Shown here: piece by piece, positions 1 to 9,597 of the stretch
How the letters are laid out: each line of letters starts with the position of its first letter
Position numbering within the stretch: position 1 is the stretch's first letter
Assembly (NCBI GenBank): GCA_963831895.1
Contig: CAWHSD010000016.1
Span: 62,638 to 126,637 of the forward strand
Length of the DNA: 64,000 nucleotides
Direction: 5' to 3'
Source of the DNA: Candidatus Bathyarchaeota archaeon
GTDB lineage: Archaea; Thermoproteota; Bathyarchaeia; Bathyarchaeales; Bathycorpusculaceae
Position numbers and translations under genes: made by a program
The notes under the pieces: model-generated
Seen by the model: only the letters and a program-made list of their open reading frames with translations
The model's database searches: none
Told to the model about the DNA's origin: nothing

Positions 1-2
1 TG

Positions 3-887
3 GCAGGCTTTGGTTTTGGCGCATTCATTTGGATCCTCATCGCCAACCCCCCAAGCGTTCTGGGATTCGCAGGCTTAATCAGCAAACAAACTGGGCAATT
101 CGCTTATACGATTTCAAATGTTGACGCCGCTTTCCTAATCTATGGAGTTGCCTTCCTTGTGCTTGTTACCATTGGTTCATTGCTTATGAGAAACCCGCCC
201 GCAGGATGGAAACCAAAAGGATGGAGTCCACCTCAACCCAAAGCAGGAAAAACCATAGTCAGCTCATGCAAACCCAAACAGATGTTGAAGTCAAAGAACT
301 TCTATTTGCTTTGGATGATGTTCCTTATCGGCGCACTCGCAGGCTTGATGGTTATAGGAAACGTTCAGAACTTCGCCAAAAGCCCCACTGACGGGTTTGC
401 GGCGAACGGTTTTAGCGTAACTGAAGCCGCAGACTTCGCGGTTATCGGAGCAGCAGTTTGCTTGCCCATTTTTAACGGCGCAGGCAGAATCATCTGGGGA
501 CAGGTTTCAGACAGGTTTGGACGAGGCAAATCACTCATAGCCATGTTCGCGTTCCAAGCAGTCATGATGACAGCGTTCTTCTACACCACCTCAAACCCAA
601 TCATGTTCTACGTCGTCGCGGCCCTTATAGGCTTCAACTTTGGCGGAAACTTTGCGTTGTTCCCCGTTAGCTGCGCAGACTCGTTTGGAGCTGAAAACCT
701 CGCTTTAAACTATGGTTTCCTCTTCACCGCCTACGGAATCGGCGGCATTGTTGGACCGATTCTGGCAGGCATGGTGCAGGATGCTGGCTTAAGCTTCCTA
801 TTCGCGTTCATTCCGGCAGCGGTTATGTGCGCGGTTTCAGTGGGCTTAGCGTTTGCTTATCAAGTCAGCGCCAAAAAACATATATAA
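3..887 (+). CDS. MFS transporter, OFA (oxalate/formate antiporter) family; 5'-truncated by the window edge
   Basis: Frame open from nt 3 (AGFGFGAFIW...); motifs NGAGRIIWGQVSDRFGR and FGAENLALNYG; multiple TM helices. Confidence 0.85.
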   Translation, partial: AGFGFGAFIWILIANPPSVLGFAGLISKQTGQFAYTISNVDAAFLIYGVAFLVLVTIGSLLMRNPPAGWKPKGWSPPQPKAGKTIVSSCKPKQMLKSKNFYLLWMMFLIGALAGLMVIGNVQNFAKSPTDGFAANGFSVTEAADFAVIGAAVCLPIFNGAGRIIWGQVSDRFGRGKSLIAMFAFQAVMMTAFFYTTSNPIMFYVVAALIGFNFGGNFALFPVSCADSFGAENLALNYGFLFTAYGIGGIVGPILAGMVQDAGLSFLFAFIPAAVMCAVSVGLAFAYQVSAKKHI

Positions 888-962
888 AAAACTGGTGCCA
901 AACACTAGTTACCCATTTTTTAATTTCTTACAAAATTTTTAATTGAAAAAAGAAAAATTGAG

Positions 963-1286
963 TTATTGTCCCTTCTTGATTTTCTCGAAAAACGCCAAGG
1001 TCTGGCTGGGGACGCTGACTGTGCGGGTTTCAACGTCTGTGAACGTGATTTTCTGGAGGTTTTCGGGTTCCTGCTCAAACTTTTCAAAATCCTCCATGCT
1101 TGGCGTATCGTAAACGGCCCAAGTGGTGTGTCCCCAGCGGTCAGTCCAAATCCCCGCAACTTTGATGCCGTGTTTTGCGGCTAAGGCATCGACGTTTTTT
1201 AGCCAATTCATCATTATCTGAAGGTTTTTTGGGACGCCTATGGGGCAACTTTCGGGGGAATGGTTATAGACTTGTAGCACATGCAT
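963..1286 (-). CDS. Small hypothetical protein, probable ferredoxin-like/dimeric alpha-beta barrel fold
   Basis: 107-aa ORF with HSPESCP motif and alternating beta/alpha pattern. Confidence 0.6.
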   Translation of the reverse strand: MHVLQVYNHSPESCPIGVPKNLQIMMNWLKNVDALAAKHGIKVAGIWTDRWGHTTWAVYDTPSMEDFEKFEQEPENLQKITFTDVETRTVSVPSQTLAFFEKIKKGQ

Positions 1287-1368
1287 TTTGGTTCCTCAAA
1301 TTTTATTTGATGCGGTTACTAATTATCCAACCGCAAGCTTAAACGCTTTTCGAGAAAACTTCAGTTGG

Positions 1369-1476
1369 CTAATGGGTTAGGCGTTCTTGTGCTTGCTGAG
1401 TAGTTAATCCATTTATGGTTACGTTTAATTCGCTCAATGCGTCTGCAGATGATTTGCTATGCCATTGATTCGCCAT
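1369..1476 (-). pseudogene. N-terminal remnant of a P-type cation-transporting ATPase (Cation_ATPase_N)
   Basis: Manual translation MANQWHSKSSADALSELNVTINGLTTQQAQERLTH*; matches the WH..s..e.l..L....GLT..eA.eRL pattern, then stops; overlaps the end of the upstream gene. Confidence 0.7.
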
Positions 1477-2068
1477 TGTTATCTTCCCCGCCTGAATGTT
1501 TTTGTTTATAAATTTGACTATGCTTGTAAAGTGAAAGGACTCCGATTAAAAAAACTACTAGACTTAACAGGTAGAGAGTCCATGTGAAAACTGGACCGTT
1601 TATTGCGATTTGTTTTTGCCATTGCCATGGAAAATCTTTAGATTGCTGCATTGGCCAAGCCCCGATAACTTGGTATGTAAACCCAAAGGCAGTTAACAGT
1701 ATCGCAACGTATTGCTTATGGGCGGATGCTTTTGGGTTTATTCCATGTATGCTGTAAGAGCAAAGCATTACCGCTCCGATGAGCAACGCTGGGAAACTTG
1801 TGACAAAAAATATCGGATTGATAAAACTGCGGGGTAACAATGTGTTAACCATTGATGGAGGATAACTGGTTATGTCTTTGCCCCAGTCAGCTATAACCCA
1901 ACGACTAAGTATAACAGATGACAAATAGAATGCTCCATAAGCTGCTAAAAAAAGAGCCAATGATAACTCATGGCTTTTCACATAGGTGGAAATTCTGTAA
2001 ATATAAGTTGGTTTATGAAGCTCACTCATCGGCAAGTCCTTGCTTTGTAAGATATTTTTAGTGCACAC
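1457..2068 (-). CDS. Hypothetical membrane protein (~4 TM)
   Basis: 203-aa ORF with four hydrophobic segments. Confidence 0.65.
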   Translation of the reverse strand: MCTKNILQSKDLPMSELHKPTYIYRISTYVKSHELSLALFLAAYGAFYLSSVILSRWVIADWGKDITSYPPSMVNTLLPRSFINPIFFVTSFPALLIGAVMLCSYSIHGINPKASAHKQYVAILLTAFGFTYQVIGAWPMQQSKDFPWQWQKQIAINGPVFTWTLYLLSLVVFLIGVLSLYKHSQIYKQKHSGGEDNNGESMA

Positions 2069-2311
2069 TCAAGATATATTAGTTTTTAACAGTGCCAGTT
2101 CGAATATAGCATTTTTCAGTTTAGCTTTTTTATTTTCCTTCATCATACACTGATATTATATTAATAGAAAATGTGCCCAGAACCTATAGAGGTAGGTCAG
2201 CCTTGCTGTTTCAATTCATTAAAACCTTAAATTATAAAATTAACCGATTAAATCCAAAAAGTTCTAATGTATTAAAACTCACTAGTAGAGCTGTGCCCAA
2301 TAGGTGCTTTT

Positions 2312-3010
2312 ATGAAATTCGAAACAAATTTCCAAGAGATAATACCGCGTACTCATGATGTAACAAGTTTTAGGTTCTCGAGACCTGTCGACCTGAAGTA
2401 TAAACCAGGGCAATTCCTGTTCGTAACCTTAAAAAAAGGCGAGAAAGAATTAAGCAAGCACTTCAGCTTCAGCAGCAGCCCAACAGAAAAAGACCACATA
2501 GAATTCACCAAAAAATTCACCGACCACGAATATTCTCAGGCTTTAAAATCGGCAAAAGTCGGCGATTGGGCAAGAATGGATGCGCCATACGGGCAATTCA
2601 CATTTGAGGGGGAATACCCAAAAATCACTTTGCTAGGAGGAGGTATCGGAATAACTCCTTTTATGAGCATTTGCAAAAACGCCACAGACAAAGCTTTGAA
2701 CAGTAAAATTACGCTATTTTATGGATGCCGAACAGAAAAAGACTTGACATTCCAAAAAGAACTTGAGGCGTTAGCGGAGAAAAACATGAATCTGCGGCTC
2801 GTTTTAATGGTTAACGAACCTACGGAACAATGGAAAGGAGTAACGGGCATAATTAACGCTGAGATAGTAAAACAAAATCTCCCTGATTACAAAGATAACA
2901 TGTTTTATACTTGTGGACCGCCGCCCATGGTTGAAGCAATGGAAAAACTCGTATTAAACTTGGGGTTACCAAAAGAAAATTTGAAGCGGGAGTACTTTAC
3001 AGGTTACTAA
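2312..3010 (+). CDS. FAD-binding ferredoxin-NAD(P)+ reductase-family oxidoreductase
   Basis: YKPGQF, FSFSSSP, APYGQF, GGIGITPF and YTCGPPPM motifs. Confidence 0.9.
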   Translation: MKFETNFQEIIPRTHDVTSFRFSRPVDLKYKPGQFLFVTLKKGEKELSKHFSFSSSPTEKDHIEFTKKFTDHEYSQALKSAKVGDWARMDAPYGQFTFEGEYPKITLLGGGIGITPFMSICKNATDKALNSKITLFYGCRTEKDLTFQKELEALAEKNMNLRLVLMVNEPTEQWKGVTGIINAEIVKQNLPDYKDNMFYTCGPPPMVEAMEKLVLNLGLPKENLKREYFTGY

Positions 3011-3212
3011 TAAAAGAAATTTATAACACAAGCGTTAATTGAAGTGGTATGAAAAACTCTTTTTCTTTCAAGCCAACTCTAACTATACATGGAGCTCTGG
3101 AAGAAACATCGACCTTTTTTGAGGTTTTTGGCCTCACAAAGAAAATGCTTTCACGTCGTCATTAGTGGTTCGAATGGTTGGGAGCAAAAAGTTTTTTCAT
3201 AGAAAAAAAGGG

Positions 3213-4496
3213 TTAAGGATAGAACCTGCGTGTTGTTCTTGGGAATGGGATAGCATCGATGATGTTATCTAAATCAAGCATCCAAATCAGCAAGCGCTCC
3301 AAACCCATGCCGAAGCCAACATGCGGCACGGTGCCGTATCGTCGTAGGTCAATGTACCACTCGTAATCTTCAGGCTTCAGACCCTGAGCCTTCATGCGTT
3401 CTGTAAGTATGTTTTTGTTTTCTTCTCTTGCACCACCTGTGCTTATTTCGCCAATTCTTGGCACCATCATGTCCACTGACATTGCAACTTCGGGGTTATC
3501 ACTATATGTTTTGCAGTAGAATGCCTTGATTTCAGTTGGGTAATCGTAAACAAAAAATGGCTTGCCAAAGTCTTCAGCTAAAACCTTCTCGTCTTCGTAA
3601 CCTAGGTCTGAACCCCACTCTAAAACTGGGTTTTTGGGTCTGAGACGCTCGATTGCTTCTTTGTAAGTTATTCTTGGAAAAGGAGTTTGAACAGCTTTTA
3701 GCTTCTCAATGTCAGCGCCCAACTCTTTGAATTCCTCTTGGCATTTTTTGCTAATTGCATGGCAAACATATGTCATCAAGTTCTCTTCAAACTTCATCAA
3801 ATCATTCATGTCAGCAAAAGGCCATTCACCCTCAATGTGCCAATATTCAGTTAAATGCCTGATTGTTCGGCTTTTCTCTGCTCGGAAAGATGGTGCAATG
3901 CAGTAAACGTTTTCCAAAGAGTAAATTAATATTTCAAGGTAAAGTTGACTGCTTTGAGTTAAGAATAAGTCTTGGTCAAAATATTTTAAGCCAAATAGAG
4001 TGGAGCCACCTTCAACCGCTGCTGAAATGAACATCGGGGGAGAAACTTCAGTATACTCTTGGCTTTTGAAATATTCTCTTGCAGCATCTAAAACTTCTGA
4101 CCGAACCTTCATGATTAAATTCATTTTTCTGCTTCGTAGCCAAAGGTGGCGCATGTCACGAATGAATTCTTCACTTTTGTCTTTCGATATTGGGAAAGTT
4201 TCTGCTAAACCAATTATGCTTAATGTGTCTACACCTATTTCAAAGCCGCCTGGAGCACGTTTATCTTCTTTTGCAATGCCTGCAATTATGAGTGAGGATT
4301 CAATTGTGAGTTTTTGTGCTTCGGCCCAACTTTGGCTGGTTTTCTTTATAGTACATTGGATTATACCCGTTGAATCACGTATAACTATGAAAATGAGTTC
4401 TTTTCCTTCACGTTTACGGTAGACCCAACCGCGAACAGCAACTTTCTGGTCTGTATAGCAGCCTTCCAAGATTTTGTTTATTTTAACCGAATCCAT
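3213..4496 (-). CDS. asnS: Asparagine--tRNA ligase
   Basis: OB-fold N-terminus; RHLWLRS, LTQSSQLYLE, FRAEKSRTIRHLTEYW, PHVGFGMGLERL. Confidence 0.88.
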   Translation of the reverse strand: MDSVKINKILEGCYTDQKVAVRGWVYRKREGKELIFIVIRDSTGIIQCTIKKTSQSWAEAQKLTIESSLIIAGIAKEDKRAPGGFEIGVDTLSIIGLAETFPISKDKSEEFIRDMRHLWLRSRKMNLIMKVRSEVLDAAREYFKSQEYTEVSPPMFISAAVEGGSTLFGLKYFDQDLFLTQSSQLYLEILIYSLENVYCIAPSFRAEKSRTIRHLTEYWHIEGEWPFADMNDLMKFEENLMTYVCHAISKKCQEEFKELGADIEKLKAVQTPFPRITYKEAIERLRPKNPVLEWGSDLGYEDEKVLAEDFGKPFFVYDYPTEIKAFYCKTYSDNPEVAMSVDMMVPRIGEISTGGAREENKNILTERMKAQGLKPEDYEWYIDLRRYGTVPHVGFGMGLERLLIWMLDLDNIIDAIPFPRTTRRFYP

Positions 4497-4630
4497 CGGG
4501 TATCAACCATTTCCATTTAATACTAAATTTCCAACCTAAATGCCTATCGATTGACAATAAAAACTTCTGGATTAATTTACGTCTGGGACCAGGTAGTCTG
4601 AAGCAGTTTTTTTCGAGAAAAAATTAACGT

Positions 4631-4682
4631 TTCTGGAGCTAATTGAAAAATAATAATTCTGGAGCTAATTGAAAAATAATAA
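4631..4682. repeat. Perfect 26-bp tandem direct repeat (TTCTGGAGCTAATTGAAAAATAATAA x2)
   Basis: Copies at 4631-4656 and 4657-4682 in the asnS/TrmB divergent intergenic region. Confidence 0.95.
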
Positions 4683-4759
4683 TTAGGGATGGATTATAGA
4701 AACCCTTATTTGCATTTCGATTTAGAATAAATATGTTATGGGCAGTTATTTTGTAAATA

Positions 4760-5653
4760 TTGGACGGGGGGCAAATGCAAGAAGACTTAGTTGTTAAATT
4801 AGCAAGTTTTGGTTTCACGGTCAACCAAGCAAAAGTGTATTTAAGTATCGTGCAATCCGGGAAAACTCGGGTTGGAAGAATCTCAAGAGGTACACAGCTA
4901 CATCGACAAGACATCTATAAACTGTTGCCTAAACTTGAAAAAATGGGTTTAATCACAAAAACTATTGACAAACCCTTCATGATTGAAGCTATTCCAATAG
5001 AAAAAGCCTTGGAAACCCTTATTTCAAAAGAAAAAAACAAAGCTAATGAAAGAATTTCTCAATTGGAAAACAACCTCAAGGAAATGGTAACAGCAATTCA
5101 AATGCAACCGGAGATCAAAGAAGAAGCAAGATTTACCCTTTTGACTAGTGACGAAGCGATAAAAAATCGAGGACGCTTAATTTTTAAGAAGTCCAAAAAA
5201 GATTTCAAGATAGTCGTCAGCATGGAACACATAACAAAACCTGCGTTGCATTATTTCCGCGAATTTCTGCAGCTTATCGCTGACCACAATGCAAGACTAG
5301 AACTAATCATAGTCACAACTGAAGACAAAGAAGAAGTAAAGCAGATTGTTGAAAAGATAGCGCCTGGCAGTGGACAATTAAAAGTTAAGTTTATAAATAA
5401 TAGCGTTTGCAAAAACTACCAAGTCATAGACAATAAAGAAGTGTGGATTTCAACTCAGCAAAAAACCGAAAATGGATTTCCATGCTTATTATGGACAAAC
5501 GACCAAAACATTGTTGCTACGTACAGAGAAAACTTCCAACTGACATGGACGCACCCAAAGGCAAGTATAGTCAACCCAACTGACATAACCCAAGTGTTTC
5601 AAACGTCTGTTCCTAAGCAGATAAATAATGAAAAGTGTATGCCTGCAGTTTAA
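4760..5653 (+). CDS. TrmB-family transcriptional regulator
   Basis: N-terminal wHTH (FGFTVNQAKVYL...RQDIYKLLPKLEKMGLI) plus C-terminal PLD-like sensor; start may be ATG 4775. Confidence 0.85.
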   Translation: MDGGQMQEDLVVKLASFGFTVNQAKVYLSIVQSGKTRVGRISRGTQLHRQDIYKLLPKLEKMGLITKTIDKPFMIEAIPIEKALETLISKEKNKANERISQLENNLKEMVTAIQMQPEIKEEARFTLLTSDEAIKNRGRLIFKKSKKDFKIVVSMEHITKPALHYFREFLQLIADHNARLELIIVTTEDKEEVKQIVEKIAPGSGQLKVKFINNSVCKNYQVIDNKEVWISTQQKTENGFPCLLWTNDQNIVATYRENFQLTWTHPKASIVNPTDITQVFQTSVPKQINNEKCMPAV

Positions 5654-5670
5654 ATCACAATAGCTTTCTT

Positions 5671-6915
5671 TTATTTTTCTTTAATGCTTGGCTCGTAAAC
5701 TTTCCAATAGACAAAAATGGATAGAGGAACCGCCGCCACCGCTAAGATAAGAAAGGGAAGCGAAGGAGAAACAAAAGCGTAAAGTAAACCTACAATGATT
5801 TGCAAGACCGCTTGCATTATGAACATAAAAAACTGCATACATCCCATCACAGTTCCTCTTAAACCTCGTGGAACTAAATCACCCATCAAAACTTGGTAGC
5901 TATTTAGTTGAAGCAAATTCCCAAGGCCAAAGAAGAAAAATGCTAGAAGAAGCATGTTGAAATCTGCGTTCAAAAAAAGAAGCATCCCTGGCACATATAA
6001 CAAATAACCCAAAATCAGAAATTTTTTTCGCCCCATAACATCCATACTGAACCCAGCAATTATTCCAGGAACAGCGATGCTTAGATATCTGAAGGCTACA
6101 ACAATTGCCCATTGCCCTATCGAAATTTTAAGAACTGAAGTTGCATAGACCACAAAATAAGTTTGACAACTAACCACCAATCCGTTAATTATGATAATGG
6201 CCAAAAAAAGGTTAAAGGCTGATGTTGGAACTTTGCGCCAAACATTAATTCCTTCTTTTACTGATTTAGGATAGAGACGAAGAACATTGATTAAACTGGG
6301 TTTTTCACTTTTCTCCAATGAGGGCAAGGTTTCCTTCAATCTTAATCTTAAGATAGCAATTGAAAAATACGCTATAGTAACTATAGTGTAACCAATGCGC
6401 ATGCCCAAATCGAAATTAAAAGTTGTAACCAAATATTGTGCTATTAATGGGGCAGGCAATAAAACAAGTGTTGTAATTACTGATTGGAAACTAAAACCTG
6501 AACCGCGGTTTTCAGGCGGTAACGAATCAATAACCATTGACATTAAAGCTGGACCGTAAATAGAACAAAAATTTTGAATAAGTAGTCCAATTAGAATGAA
6601 ATGCCATGAGGGAGCAAAAACGAAGAATAAACTTCCAATAGCTAACCCAAAAGTCATTGAGACTATGAGCCATCTTCTGCCATGTTTATCTGCCAAATAT
6701 CCACCGGGAAACTGGACAAAGGCAACAGCGATGGACCCTGCGAAACCTATGATTGATAGTAGAAAATTGTCGGCGCCTAAATTAAGATAAAAAAGGCTTG
6801 CGAATGTATCTGGAATAGGTTGTGCAGCAAATAAGATAATCCAGCTAACTGTAATGAGCAGAAAGTTGCCTCTTAAAATCGTTGAATCTCCTCGGAAAAG
6901 AATTAAGCGCTTCAT
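5671..6915 (-). CDS. MFS transporter
   Basis: GGYLADKHGRR and MDVMGRKK motif A copies; 12 TM. Confidence 0.9.
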   Translation of the reverse strand: MKRLILFRGDSTILRGNFLLITVSWIILFAAQPIPDTFASLFYLNLGADNFLLSIIGFAGSIAVAFVQFPGGYLADKHGRRWLIVSMTFGLAIGSLFFVFAPSWHFILIGLLIQNFCSIYGPALMSMVIDSLPPENRGSGFSFQSVITTLVLLPAPLIAQYLVTTFNFDLGMRIGYTIVTIAYFSIAILRLRLKETLPSLEKSEKPSLINVLRLYPKSVKEGINVWRKVPTSAFNLFLAIIIINGLVVSCQTYFVVYATSVLKISIGQWAIVVAFRYLSIAVPGIIAGFSMDVMGRKKFLILGYLLYVPGMLLFLNADFNMLLLAFFFFGLGNLLQLNSYQVLMGDLVPRGLRGTVMGCMQFFMFIMQAVLQIIVGLLYAFVSPSLPFLILAVAAVPLSIFVYWKVYEPSIKEK

Positions 6916-7048
6916 TGGTTATGGAAAATCAACTAAGAATTATTTAAATTAAAGTGAAATCGAAAACTTTCCCTTGAAACGAAAATCGGCTATTATATCC
7001 CGCAATTCTTAAATCGCCCTTGTCAGGAGGATAAATAGATTAATAAAA

Positions 7049-8419
7049 ATGCAAAGCAATATCGAAGGAAAAACTAAGCTTAAGGCATTGACGATTTCAA
7101 TTTTTGCAATCTTTAGTGTAGTAATAATTGAGGTTACATTAGGTTTACTTATTAACAGTTTAGCGATAATGAGTGATGGCTTGCATGCACTTTTGGATGG
7201 TGTTTCTAGTGTCATGTTGTTTTTTGCTGTACGTGCTGCATTGAAACCTCCAGATGAAGAGCACACATACGGACACGAAAAGTTCGAGACAATCGGAGGA
7301 TTAATCGGCGGCATAGTGCTAATTTCTGTCGCATTCCTAATATTCTATGAAGCCGCAATGCGCCTTATAAATCCCCCCCAACTTAATCCAGCAATTGAAT
7401 ACGCAGGTTTCATAGCAATAGGCTACGCTCTTTTCATCGCCTCCCTAAGAGTAACCGTTTTCAAAAAGTTTCAACACGTTCAAAGTACATCCATGAAAGC
7501 AGGTTTTTACGATGCTATTTCAGATTTAAGTTCAACTCTGATTGCTCTTTTAGGTTTTGGCTTAGCTATTTTGGGATTTACAGGTGGAGATGCATTTGCA
7601 TCCATTTTCCTTGGAGTTATGCTTACATATTTGAGCATAAAACTTGTAAAGTTTAGCGTGATGGAACTAAGCGACACTGCTTCAAAAGAACTCTTGGAAA
7701 AAACAAGAAAGATCATTATTTCATGCGATGGTGTTGTTAAAACCGAGAACCTAAAAGTTCGAAAAGTAAGCTCAAAAGTTTTCGTTGAAGCATCCGTTCA
7801 AGTTCCAATCATAATGAGTTTGCAGGATGCACATTCTTTAGCAACAAAAATTGAAAGTTGCCTAAAAGATGGCTTCGGAAACGTTGACTCAACCATTCAC
7901 ATTGAACCTTCAGACAAAGAACGCAAAATGGATCAGTTAGTCGAAAAATTAGCTACAGTTGAGGGGGTGAAAGAGGTACATGAAATTTCCACTATATATG
8001 TGGCTGGTAAGCTGTACATTACTTTACATGTGTATGTTAATCCTGAACTATCGGTTGAAGAAGCACATAAAATAGCTGAATCCATTGAACGAGGAATGAA
8101 AACTGAAATTAAGTCGCTTGAAAACGTTACAGTACATGTTGAACCTGCGGGGGTTGCAATTCCTGCCAACGAAGTCAATGAAGTCGAACTAAGAAAAGTC
8201 GTTAATCAAGTTGCTAATGGCATTGCGGGTGACCTTCGCATTAAACGAGTGTTAACTTACGTTGCTGAAGGTAAACGTTACATCAACATAGATTGTTGTT
8301 TCACTAAACAAGTGCAGATTAAGGATGCTCATAAAATAGCATCGCAGGTTGAAAAGGAAACAAAGGAACATTTTACAAATGCGGTAGTTACAGTTCATAT
8401 TGAACCAGAATGCCCCTAA
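7049..8419 (+). CDS. Cation diffusion facilitator transporter with three C-terminal ZT_dimer-like domains
   Basis: SDGLHALLD, PPDEEHTYGHEKFE; three repeats of 'AH.IA..IE...TxHxEP'. Confidence 0.9.
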   Translation: MQSNIEGKTKLKALTISIFAIFSVVIIEVTLGLLINSLAIMSDGLHALLDGVSSVMLFFAVRAALKPPDEEHTYGHEKFETIGGLIGGIVLISVAFLIFYEAAMRLINPPQLNPAIEYAGFIAIGYALFIASLRVTVFKKFQHVQSTSMKAGFYDAISDLSSTLIALLGFGLAILGFTGGDAFASIFLGVMLTYLSIKLVKFSVMELSDTASKELLEKTRKIIISCDGVVKTENLKVRKVSSKVFVEASVQVPIIMSLQDAHSLATKIESCLKDGFGNVDSTIHIEPSDKERKMDQLVEKLATVEGVKEVHEISTIYVAGKLYITLHVYVNPELSVEEAHKIAESIERGMKTEIKSLENVTVHVEPAGVAIPANEVNEVELRKVVNQVANGIAGDLRIKRVLTYVAEGKRYINIDCCFTKQVQIKDAHKIASQVEKETKEHFTNAVVTVHIEPECP

Positions 8420-8589
8420 AAACAAAAAGACCAATGATTGCGAATTAATAAAAGCGGGATTGCTATGGTGTTCATAAATTTTTAATAAGAAATCAATCGA
8501 TTAAAATAGAATTCATACTTACTAATAGAATTACTAATTAAGTTGATCAAAACAAAAAAAATAAAAAAGGATAATGATTTATTTATTGT

Positions 8590-9334
8590 TTATTTTTTGC
8601 GACGGTATGTGATCGTTCCCAATGCTGCCGCGACTACAACTAAAGCTACGCCAATTGCAGCTACACTTGAAAACTCTGGTATTGTTGGTGTTGGTTCAGT
8701 TGATCCTTCTGGGGTAAATACTGCTTGGTAGCTGAACATATTTCCATATCCGTGGTTGACATTGTATGGGTTTTCTGTGGGTGTTGCAGTGTATGGGTAT
8801 CCGCCGTGACTTAGGTTTGGTCCTTCTATAACCCAATGTGAGAATGTCCAACCGCTTGCGGGTGTTGCTGTCAACATAAGATTTTCAGCAGCGGCTAAAG
8901 CGTAAGTTCCTGGCGCTGGACTAACTGTACCTCCTGAAGCATCTACCACAACTACAATGGCTGCAGTTGACATGTCAGCTGGTAATACGCGACCAGGGGC
9001 TGGCAGAACAGGCTGGAAATTCGCTTGCACAGTGTAAGTACTTCCTCCGGAAACTGGGAATGTTAGTGGATTATCTGTGGCAACGTTGGATCCATCAGCA
9101 GTATCAAGAATCCAGTTTACGAAAATGAAGTCAGCATCAGCTGTTGCAGTTAATGTTAAAGATGTCTCCATCAGCATAAGTAGTGGTTCCTGCAGCAGGG
9201 TCAGTAGTTCCTCCAATTGAATCTAGAACAATGACAGTAGCTTGTCCTTGAGCATTAACACTTGCATTTACAACTGCTAAAACTAGCAATGTCAATAGCA
9301 AAGTCAAAACAAAAATTTTTTTAGATTTTATCAT
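8590..9334 (-). CDS. Secreted surface protein with two InlB-B-repeat-like beta repeats and a PEF-CTERM-like anchor; +1 frameshift near 9166
   Basis: Signal peptide in ORF 9137-9334; removing one base gives YADG-TSLTLTATADADF; repeats GGTTDPAAG/GGTVSPAPG ... LTATPASGWTFSHW; C-terminus PEF + TM + RRKK. Confidence 0.8.
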
Positions 9335-9407
9335 TTTATTTTATCTCCAATATAAAGCATGCTTGCTTGTTTCAATTTAACCAAATATTTCTATATTTAA
9401 TTATGTG

Positions 9408-9423
9408 GTTGTGTCTACACAAC
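9408..9423. promoter_or_regulatory. Perfect inverted repeat GTTGTGT-CT-ACACAAC, candidate operator
   Basis: Palindrome in the divergent promoter region between the PEF-CTERM gene and the 9598 operon. Confidence 0.45.
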
Positions 9424-9597
9424 AACAAGCATCTCTGATTTCTTTAAAAGAAAATACTGCTTTATTCATGATTAGAAACCAAGTTAATCGCAAAACTGCT
9501 CGACTTAAAATATTTTTTCAGAAAGCTATTTGAAAGTAAACCTTTATTGCTCAACATTTTCTATTAGATTAGTAAAATTTGGAGTGTTCACGGGAAA

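Noticed and set aside
3213-4496. Non-discriminating AspRS
   Set aside because: RHLWLRS and HLTEYW motifs fit AsnRS better
4631-4682. Possible CRISPR mini-array
   Set aside because: Repeats are directly adjacent with no spacer; no cas genes
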